A DNA stretch of 46,451 bases from an uncultured Candidatus Saccharibacteria bacterium. GTDB lineage: Bacteria; Patescibacteriota; Minisyncoccia; Phycocordibacterales; PALSA-1337. Made by a program: the position numbers and the translations under genes. Positions 27,540-34,628 of the stretch are shown here, piece after piece. Within the stretch, counting starts at the first letter, position 1; every line of letters begins with the position of its first letter. The notes beneath the pieces are model-generated. The model worked only from the letters and a program-made list of their open reading frames with translations, had not been told where the DNA came from and did no database searches. The stretch spans positions 1-46,451 of the forward strand of contig CAZWUU010000001.1 in assembly GCA_964637485.1 (NCBI GenBank), written 5' to 3'.

Positions 27540-28015
27540 TACCTAATATGATCGATAATAATAAAGGATTTACGTTGATAGAGATATTAATAGTTATTGG
27601 AATTATGGCGATTCTGGCTTCTATTATGCTAGTGGCTGTGAATCCATCTCGTCAATTCAAGGTGGCGCGCGATACACAGAGAATGTCAAATTTGAACGCT
27701 TTGTTGAATGCAATCCATGAAAATATAAGTGAGAATAAGGGCGATTTTGTCTGTAATGGAAGTACTAGAAATATTTCTAGTACTCCCTTGCTTGTTAAAT
27801 ATGGTGCGGGATATCCAGATTATGAGGGAGATATAGCTAGTTGTTTAGTACCAAATTATATATCTGGCCTTCCATGGAATCCGGGCAATAGCGCCTACTA
27901 TTTTTCCAGCACCACTGACTATAATACGGGGTATGAATTGTTCAGAGATACCGATGGGCGTCTCGTGGCAAGTTCATCAGGAGAAATCAGTAAAACCATT
28001 CTAGTTAAGCGTTAG
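27536..28015 (+). CDS. Type IV pilin (probable major pilin)
   Basis: MIPNMIDNNKG|FTLIEILIVIGIMAILASIMLVAVNPSRQF. The start is set by the ATGA overlap at 27536-27539. Confidence 0.85.
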   Translation: MIPNMIDNNKGFTLIEILIVIGIMAILASIMLVAVNPSRQFKVARDTQRMSNLNALLNAIHENISENKGDFVCNGSTRNISSTPLLVKYGAGYPDYEGDIASCLVPNYISGLPWNPGNSAYYFSSTTDYNTGYELFRDTDGRLVASSSGEISKTILVKR

Positions 28016-28033
28016 ACATGATAAAGTTAATGA

Positions 28034-29011
28034 GTGATAAGCGAACATAGAAATCTGATTGCTGCCACTGCTCTTGCTCTCACGATATTGGGTTTTTTCT
28101 CGGGCTTAAAGTATGCAGAGTGGGAATCACAGAGAAACATTGCGGAAAATAAGACGAAGAATGTCAGGATGCCTGAGCAAATAGTCGAGGACATGCTCTC
28201 CAAGGAAAAGGTTCTGGAAACTGAAGATGGTTACTTTAGTACCACTACCAAACCAGTCATAAAAAATGAAACCAAGAACGAATTGCCTGTAAACGCCATA
28301 TCTGCTGAAGCATATATTGTAGGGAATCTAAGGACAGGAAAGATCATAATGGAAAAAAATCCGGATAGGGTACTGCCGGTCGCATCAATGTCAAAACTTG
28401 TCACAGCTCTTGTGGCGACCAGAATATATTCGAGCTCAACTCAAATATTAGTCACAAGGGATGTTACTGCAGTACCGCCGGATGTGAGTGGTATAAAAGA
28501 AGGAGAAGCATACACTCTCCACGAACTGCTCCATCCGTTGCTCATGAGTTCGTCAAATATTGCCGGCGAAGCCATAGCCTCATCGAGTGACAGAACGGAA
28601 TTTTTAGGTCTCATGTCTGAATATGCGTGGGAAATAGGGATGCCAAGTTCCTATATTGCTGATCCTACCGGCCTAAGCGAGAATAATTCTGCGACTGCCA
28701 GGGGATTTTTCGGTCTTGCCAGATATATTCTCCGGGAGGAGCCGGAGATCATGAAGATAACTACCATACCAAGTATAAAGCTTGCATCTACTACAGGTCA
28801 TGGAGAAAAGAACATTCCAAATATTCATCCATTTGTTAATGATAAATTATTCTTGGGAGGGAAGACTGGAAGAACCAATGCGGCCATGGATACGATGCTC
28901 ACGGTCTTGGATATAAAAGGCGAACCGATAGGTATCGTTGTGCTTCGTTCAAGAGATCGGATGAGAGATACGAGTTGGCTAGTTGAGGAACTTACTCAAA
29001 CCAGCTTCTGA
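28034..29011 (+). CDS. Serine-type D-Ala-D-Ala carboxypeptidase (peptidase S11, PBP5-like), GTG start
   Basis: SxxK (ASMSKLV), SxN (SSSNIA) and KTG (GGKTGRT) motifs, plus an N-terminal TM helix. Confidence 0.82.
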   Translation: MISEHRNLIAATALALTILGFFSGLKYAEWESQRNIAENKTKNVRMPEQIVEDMLSKEKVLETEDGYFSTTTKPVIKNETKNELPVNAISAEAYIVGNLRTGKIIMEKNPDRVLPVASMSKLVTALVATRIYSSSTQILVTRDVTAVPPDVSGIKEGEAYTLHELLHPLLMSSSNIAGEAIASSSDRTEFLGLMSEYAWEIGMPSSYIADPTGLSENNSATARGFFGLARYILREEPEIMKITTIPSIKLASTTGHGEKNIPNIHPFVNDKLFLGGKTGRTNAAMDTMLTVLDIKGEPIGIVVLRSRDRMRDTSWLVEELTQTSF

Positions 29012-29747
29012 TGAGCTTTTCTGTTTCAAACGGATCGGCAACTTGTACGCAATCTATGCCGGTAGCCTTGGCTGGGTAATCATTGCCTCCATAAAATAGA
29101 GCGTCACCCACATACAGCATTTCTTTTATAGGTATATGCAAATGTTCCTCTAGCTTATGTATGCCATAAGCCTTATTGATGCCTTTCTTAGTGATATCTA
29201 TAGATGTTGCGCCACCGATTCTTACATCGAACCCTTGCAATTTATCTGTTATATACGATGCAATTTTTTGCCTCTTTGATCTATCCGGATCCCACTTTTC
29301 TTTTAAAACGAGTGGAGCTTCCTGACCTAGTCCTGAAAAGGTTATTTGTGACCCTCTGTCTTCTATGAGTTCGCCGAAAATTTTCTCTGGTGGTTCATAC
29401 TGAGCCAGTCGCAGAGCATTTTTTATCAATCTAATGATATTTTTTCTTTCATCTGCTGGTATTTCCTCGTTATATAGTTCTGTCCAGTTGCCCTTCCAAA
29501 TGTAGAACTTGGTGCCAGATGTGGGTAATAAATAGAGATTCGAAAATCCATCTGTACTGTTTGGTAAGGATGCAATAAATTGAGTTTTGAATTGCGGAAA
29601 ACCGCCTCCGGAAATAACCGCAACTTTTATCTGCTTTATGAGATCGGATACCAGTACCGACATATTATGAGTCATTGGCTGTTTCGATGGAGCGAGTGTT
29701 CCATCTAGGTCGAAAATAACAAGCTTTTTACCTTGCAGGGAAGACAT
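28992..29747 (-). CDS. HAD-IIB hydrolase, eukaryotic-type phosphomannomutase-like
   Basis: LVIFDLDGTLAPSKQPM (motif I), AVISGGG, GGATSIDITKKGINKAYG and YVGDALFYGGNDYP (motif IV) match the PMM-family layout. Confidence 0.72.
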   Translation of the reverse strand: MSSLQGKKLVIFDLDGTLAPSKQPMTHNMSVLVSDLIKQIKVAVISGGGFPQFKTQFIASLPNSTDGFSNLYLLPTSGTKFYIWKGNWTELYNEEIPADERKNIIRLIKNALRLAQYEPPEKIFGELIEDRGSQITFSGLGQEAPLVLKEKWDPDRSKRQKIASYITDKLQGFDVRIGGATSIDITKKGINKAYGIHKLEEHLHIPIKEMLYVGDALFYGGNDYPAKATGIDCVQVADPFETEKLIRSWFE

Positions 29748-29748
29748 T

Positions 29749-31653
29749 TTATATCTCCATCATTTTTAGGAGTTTTGCCAGCTTGATCGTAGCGACACCG
29801 ATCACATAATCAGCTGCACCGTAATACATATATACCGTACCTTTTCTGATGGTTAGTCCGCAGGGGAATACCACGTTCGGAACTACACCCTTATGTTCAT
29901 ATTCTTCTTGAGGTTCGAATAGGGGAATACCCGTCCTAGCCCTAACAATGGTTGGATCTTTTAGATCCAGTAACACCGCTCCGACTCGATAAGTAGTACT
30001 CCAAGATACCCCATGATACAAAAGTAGCCAGCCGTCCTTTGTTTTTACTGGCGGAGTTGAAATTCCGACTTTTCCGCCATCCCACATACCTTTTCTTGGA
30101 GAGATAATCTCAATACATTGAGTGACTCGCTCCTTCGAAAAATCCAGAGTTTTTACAAAATCAGCACATACGCTCTCGTGTACTCTGTGAAATACCATAT
30201 ACATGCCATTTACTTTTTCTGGCAGAATGGCAGCGTCTTTATCTGGAACGCCGTCCGGTGTTATAGCTTCAGGTTTTGACCATGCGCTCCATTTACGCGC
30301 GGTGAAGTCATTTACGCTGATTGATGAGACCGCAACTCTTGGTGTGGTCCCATTATATCCAGTGTATGTCATATATATGCGATCACCGATTCGCATAAAT
30401 CTAGGATCTTCAACACCGTAATTATCGCCACCGCCATCCTTCAATTCGAATTTTTCTCTGGCGAAATATACGGGTTTGTCAGATCTGTAATCTATAGAAA
30501 ATCCGTCGCATGATTCTGCATATCCGAATGTAGAAATATTACCCTTTGCTACCGCTCGATAGAAAATACATGTCTTTCCATCTATGTCTATAGAAGCAGG
30601 ATTGATTGTGCCATCCTGTTCCCATAAGACACCCGGTCGAGGAGCGATGATAGGATTACCTGGAAATCTGACCAAAGACTTTTTCTCTTCAGTTCCGATG
30701 CTGTGGAGTAGGCTATCTAGAGGAATAGTAGCCATGGCTACATGAGTGTCAGTTGCACCGTAATAGACTTCCAGATTTCTACCATTTATGAGAGCACCGC
30801 TTGGAAATATGGTATGCGGCACTTGTCCCACATGCTCGTAATACATTTCTGGCACCATAAATGGACCCTTGGTTCTGCCTATGATACGTCTCGGATTCTC
30901 CAAATCTAGTAAAAGAACTTCTACTCCGAAGACATGATCCGGACGTCCGTATCTCTGAATATGGCAATAAACAACAACCCATCCCTTAGAAGTTTTGACC
31001 GGAGGAGCACCTAATTCGAGATGGTCATCTGGGAGCCTTCTGATGTGCAGTTTGTGAGCATCGACATTCGACAGCCAATCCTTCCAATAATTTGCTGACC
31101 ACATGTCTTCCGGTTTATCGAATTCAGCATAACAAATATCGGATGGCTTTCTGTCCGTGTTTATAGTAACGAGTGTGGCGTATTTTCCGTCAATTTTTTC
31201 TGGAAACATTGCCATTCCTTTTGCATTGAATGGCGTGACTAGGTGCTTGCTTTCGATACTCTTCAAATCTTTAGAAACAGCGACTGCAACTTTTATGTTG
31301 TCTGCTCCGTAAGGAAAACCACCGAGAGCTGTATAAAAAATGTAGTATTTTCCACCGACTTTGGACACGCGAGGATCCTCACAGCCGTAACGATCAAAGT
31401 CAGAATCAGGCAAGATGAGCATTTCTCTGTCCTCAAACTTTATGCCGTCCTTGGAAACCGCTCTGGCTATAACAGACGTCGATGGGTGGTCCGGCTTCAA
31501 TAGATCTGGCTCAGACATGGCTCGATAGAGCATGGTCATCTCCTTTTTTCCGGTCATGATAGGGCAGCCGTTAAATGCCGCTGCCGCTTCCCAAGGATGT
31601 TCTTTTACTGGCGAAATCAGCGGATTGAACTCCGATCGTGTGACTGTAAACAT
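29749..31653 (-). CDS. Tandem double-domain GH130 (former DUF377) glycoside phosphorylase/hydrolase
   Basis: Two copies of the GH130 pattern. Copy 1 has NPLISP...AAFNG...YRAMS...CEDPRVSKVGGKYYIFYTA...MFPEKIDGKY. Copy 2 has NPIIAP...TINPASI...YRAV...VEDPRFMRIGDRIYMTYTG...ILPEKVNGMY. Confidence 0.8.
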   Translation of the reverse strand: MFTVTRSEFNPLISPVKEHPWEAAAAFNGCPIMTGKKEMTMLYRAMSEPDLLKPDHPSTSVIARAVSKDGIKFEDREMLILPDSDFDRYGCEDPRVSKVGGKYYIFYTALGGFPYGADNIKVAVAVSKDLKSIESKHLVTPFNAKGMAMFPEKIDGKYATLVTINTDRKPSDICYAEFDKPEDMWSANYWKDWLSNVDAHKLHIRRLPDDHLELGAPPVKTSKGWVVVYCHIQRYGRPDHVFGVEVLLLDLENPRRIIGRTKGPFMVPEMYYEHVGQVPHTIFPSGALINGRNLEVYYGATDTHVAMATIPLDSLLHSIGTEEKKSLVRFPGNPIIAPRPGVLWEQDGTINPASIDIDGKTCIFYRAVAKGNISTFGYAESCDGFSIDYRSDKPVYFAREKFELKDGGGDNYGVEDPRFMRIGDRIYMTYTGYNGTTPRVAVSSISVNDFTARKWSAWSKPEAITPDGVPDKDAAILPEKVNGMYMVFHRVHESVCADFVKTLDFSKERVTQCIEIISPRKGMWDGGKVGISTPPVKTKDGWLLLYHGVSWSTTYRVGAVLLDLKDPTIVRARTGIPLFEPQEEYEHKGVVPNVVFPCGLTIRKGTVYMYYGAADYVIGVATIKLAKLLKMMEI

Positions 31654-31658
31654 GATTT

Positions 31659-32807
31659 TTAATTCTTATTAACGTTGCCGTATTCCACCAACCATTGAAG
31701 CAACGGTTCTAGGGGAGTTTTGGCTATGCAGGTGTGTTTGTCTCCACCTCCATAATAAACTAATAAATTATCATCTTTGATGACGGCACCGGACGCATAT
31801 ACCACTCCAGGCTTGCCGTCATTCTCATAATGCATGTCCGGTGACAAAATGGGTTCAGGGGAGCGGTACAGTATTCTTGTCGGATCATTCAAATCCAATA
31901 TCATTGCACCGACTTTATAACCAACCACATTGTTCGGGTTTCTGGTGTCTATGGCGTGATATAGGAGTAACCAACCCAAGCGAGTTCTAAGAGGTGGAGC
32001 TCCTGCTCCGCGAACTCGTTCATCCCAGTAACCAATTCTGGACTTGTCCTTATATCCTCCGCCCCCATGATCTCCGAGACTTTCAATCTTGGGCGCCATC
32101 TCCGGAGAATCGACATAAGCGACAAGAATTCTCGGTGCAATTCCATGCAAAATGGCATACTTTCCGTTAATTTTTTCTGGAAAGAGGACCCAATTCTTCG
32201 CACGAGACTTTGCCGGGGATATGAGGACTGGCCTTCTCCATTTCCATTTTCTAACCTTGAGATCGTTTTCGAGAATTGAAGTGACACCTATGCGCATATT
32301 AGCCCATCCTCCGAACGCGGTGTATGTCATATATATGCGGTCGCCGATTTTTACGACTCTTGGATCTTCAGTACCGCCCCAACCACCGCCCGATTCATAA
32401 GCAGATCGGTCGAATTTTTTCGGCCCTGTTGCATCCTCAGGTTCAGGTATTCCTAATCCTGGTTCAGGGCTGAAAACGGGGTACATAGATCTTTCCACGA
32501 AGTATAATCCGTCATCTGAAACCGCATGACCGACTCTAGATAATCCGTCGCTCCCTATGGCTCTATAGAAAAGATGAACTCGTCCTTCGTTGTCCATGAC
32601 TGCACCTGGATTAAATGCTCCTTCAGTCTCCCAATAATTATGATTTTGTGGCGAGAGAATAGGATTATTAGAATGTCTGGCTAAGTCGTATCTCTTTCTG
32701 TAGACGATTTTTACGCTAAATCTGATGAGAGCATAGGCGCAGACGATAAAAACTATTATTGCCGCGGCCAATGTAAGAGTTGATATGATAGCTGAAATAT
32801 TCATCAA
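31659..32807 (-). CDS. Membrane-tethered single-domain GH130 family protein
   Basis: An N-terminal TM helix is followed by a basic stretch (RFSVKIVYRKRY). NPILSP...GAFNPGAV...YRAIG...TEDPRVVKIGDRIYMTYTA...LFPEKINGKY. Confidence 0.8.
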   Translation of the reverse strand: MMNISAIISTLTLAAAIIVFIVCAYALIRFSVKIVYRKRYDLARHSNNPILSPQNHNYWETEGAFNPGAVMDNEGRVHLFYRAIGSDGLSRVGHAVSDDGLYFVERSMYPVFSPEPGLGIPEPEDATGPKKFDRSAYESGGGWGGTEDPRVVKIGDRIYMTYTAFGGWANMRIGVTSILENDLKVRKWKWRRPVLISPAKSRAKNWVLFPEKINGKYAILHGIAPRILVAYVDSPEMAPKIESLGDHGGGGYKDKSRIGYWDERVRGAGAPPLRTRLGWLLLYHAIDTRNPNNVVGYKVGAMILDLNDPTRILYRSPEPILSPDMHYENDGKPGVVYASGAVIKDDNLLVYYGGGDKHTCIAKTPLEPLLQWLVEYGNVNKN

Positions 32808-33182
32808 TTACTTATTTTCGGCAGTCCTGCCGTATTTATCCTCAAGTCTCACAATATCCTTTTCATCGAAATCTCCGTAAGCCAGTTCGACGAATACTAG
32901 AATATTTTTACCTCCAATAACGCGATGATTAATTCTTCGAGGTATATAACATACACTTCCTTTTGTAAGTGGGATTTTTTCATCACCGATGACAGCTACT
33001 CCATCGCCAGAAACAATGAACCAATGTTCATCTCTCTCATTGTGATATTGAAGACTGAGTGCTTCCCCTGGGTTTACAGAAATAATTTTAGCCATGCCCG
33101 GAATATTTACTCCGTCCATGAGCCATAATTCCTCACCCCAAGGCCGAATATCTTTGTAAGTCTTGGGCGCAACCATGTACAT
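32808..33182 (-). CDS. Cupin-type mannose-6-phosphate isomerase (type II PMI C-terminal-domain-like)
   Basis: RPWGEELWL...SLQYHNERDEHWFIVSGDG...IPRRINHRV cupin motifs. The true start may be ATG 33176, which lies 8 nt after the -10 element. Confidence 0.72.
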   Translation of the reverse strand: MYMVAPKTYKDIRPWGEELWLMDGVNIPGMAKIISVNPGEALSLQYHNERDEHWFIVSGDGVAVIGDEKIPLTKGSVCYIPRRINHRVIGGKNILVFVELAYGDFDEKDIVRLEDKYGRTAENK

Positions 33183-33184
33183 AA

Positions 33185-33193
33185 ATTATATCA
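33185..33193 (-). promoter_or_regulatory. Extended -10 promoter of the PMI-GH130-GH130-PMM operon
   Basis: Minus strand reads TGaTATAAT, then 2 nt to ATG 33182 or 8 nt to ATG 33176. Confidence 0.5.
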
Positions 33194-33248
33194 TGCAAAC
33201 ACTGGCCATGACTGTGAATAAGCGTCATTTAATAATATAGGAATTAAG

Positions 33249-33971
33249 CTAGTTCTCTTTGGAAAAATATTCTTTGTCGCTTCTAAATAGGAATCTGGCC
33301 ATGTGGCTTATCGTATAGGTTATGAAAAAGGCGGCTGCCACATCGATAGAGTAGTGCAGATGTCCCAAAAGTACAATTATTCCGAAAAAGACTGCACTCA
33401 TCACGCAAAACCAACGCAGTTTAGGAAATTGCCAGAAAACCAAGCCCAATAAGAAAGGAATACCTGTATGGCCTGAAAAGAACAAATCTCCCCCAGAACT
33501 GAACACTGATGATGTCTCGGGATCTATTCGTAAAAAATCAGCCAAAGCTTGGCCACTGAAATCATTCAATTGCGTCCTGTCAGGAAAGGGGCCGAGGTGC
33601 GTCAGACTAATAAACAAAGATCTGATGAATACAAAAAGTGCCGTAGCTTTTATGGTGAAGGGAATTTTCTTTGGGTCTATAATGAGAAAATAAGATACTA
33701 TTATCCAGAAGACGATCGGTCCCCAAATAAAAATAGTGTCGACATCATAAACCGGAATGTTTGAAAGTATTATATCCTCGACGTGATTACTAGCGTTCTT
33801 GAATGCAAAATGAGCGGCGTAATAGTTTGCAATTAATGATAGGAAGAGGAGTGTGAACGCCTCTACGAACAAGCGAATGAATTTTTTATCGGTAAAAGCT
33901 CTCCTGTATCGATTTTTTACTTGGGAAAAAAAGCGTTCGTTTACCACGTCCACAGGTGGGGTATTGTCCAT
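33249..33971 (-). CDS. Polytopic membrane protein, PAP2_C / sphingomyelin-synthase-like phosphotransferase fold
   Basis: FFSGHTG and HYSIDV motifs in the C-terminal TM helices. The start is trimmed to ATG 33971. TGtTATGAT lies 15 nt upstream. Confidence 0.55.
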   Translation of the reverse strand: MDNTPPVDVVNERFFSQVKNRYRRAFTDKKFIRLFVEAFTLLFLSLIANYYAAHFAFKNASNHVEDIILSNIPVYDVDTIFIWGPIVFWIIVSYFLIIDPKKIPFTIKATALFVFIRSLFISLTHLGPFPDRTQLNDFSGQALADFLRIDPETSSVFSSGGDLFFSGHTGIPFLLGLVFWQFPKLRWFCVMSAVFFGIIVLLGHLHYSIDVAAAFFITYTISHMARFLFRSDKEYFSKEN

Positions 33972-34006
33972 AGCTTTGATTGAGAAATCATAACACAATA
34001 AAAGCC

Positions 34007-34061
34007 CTCCGTGGAACGTCGATTGACCTGCTAATGTCTTATTGAGGCCACGGCGGGAATC
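34007..34061. repeat. Direct repeat copy 1 (54/55 identical to 34181-34235): orphan copy of the tRNA-Cys 3' end plus downstream flank
   Basis: ctccgtggaacgtcgattgacctgctaatGtcttattgaggccacggcgggaatc, with one mismatch at 34036 versus 34210. Offset is 174 bp. Confidence 0.9.
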
Positions 34062-34180
34062 TTTCCTTACAGGAACTGTACAGGCTTCGTATGGTGCTCG
34101 ACCTCATTGCTCCGCAATTCGGTCTTCTCACCATATACTCAGTCTTTTCGATTCCCGTCGCGAGGCATGCAGATGCCTCG

Positions 34181-34235
34181 CTCCGTGGAACGTCGATTGA
34201 CCTGCTAATTTCTTATTGAGGCCACGGCGGGAATC
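34181..34235. repeat. Direct repeat copy 2, covering tRNA-Cys T-loop to 3' end (17 nt) plus 38 nt downstream
   Basis: Same 55-mer as 34007-34061. It overlaps tRNA-Cys positions 34219-34235. Confidence 0.9.
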
Positions 34236-34290
34236 GAACCCGCGCATAGCGGTTTTGCAGACCGCTGAATTACCACTTTTCTACGTGGCC
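34219..34290 (-). tRNA. tRNA-Cys (GCA)
   Basis: Hand-folded cloverleaf: acceptor GGCCACG/CGUGGCC, anticodon arm GCGGU-CUGCAAA-ACCGC, T arm GCGGG-UUCGAUU-CCCGC, discriminator U73. CCA is not encoded. Confidence 0.9.
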
Positions 34291-34301
34291 ATGTCCAAAT
34301 C

Positions 34302-34628
34302 CTACATTGTTTTTGAGATGTCGTCTAATCTCTGACGATTCTTTTCTCCTTTATCGATTTCTGCCTCGAAAAAGGGGATGCGCATAATTCTGGAATTTTC
34401 AGTTACATACTTTCGAAGATCTGAGAGGTTTCTGTTTACGAACGCGAGAGCCGTCTCTTCCTGTGATTCGGGCATGACTGTAAACAATATTTTTGCTCGA
34501 GCGCCTCGCGAGAGTATTTCAATATTTGTGATAGTAATAAGAGATTGTCCGTTTGTCTCACGGGCAAAATATTTTGCCGACAATTCTCTTATTATTTCCT
34601 TCAATTTTGAATCTTTGATTTCACTCAT
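34302..34628 (-). CDS. rbfA: Ribosome-binding factor A
   Basis: Size, its position immediately after infB (ATGA overlap) and an RbfA-like KH fold sequence (ITITNIEILSRGARAKILF). Confidence 0.82.
   Translation of the reverse strand: MSEIKDSKLKEIIRELSAKYFARETNGQSLITITNIEILSRGARAKILFTVMPESQEETALAFVNRNLSDLRKYVTENSRIMRIPFFEAEIDKGEKNRQRLDDISKTM

Noticed and set aside
34062-34180. A second or split tRNA gene in the spacer between the tRNA-Cys repeats
   Set aside because: The plus-strand ttcgattcccgtcgcgagg resembles a T-loop/acceptor 3' half. However, no complementary T-stem or acceptor 5' strand can be found on either strand, so no cloverleaf can be drawn.
22554-34235. The whole 22.6-34.2 kb accessory block (pilus locus plus mannoside operon) as one tRNA-Cys-integrated island
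   Set aside because: By eye I found no third copy of the tRNA-Cys 3' repeat at the far boundary. There is no integrase, and most of the block has host-like low GC and host-like promoters. Only the AK-like gene is compositionally foreign.
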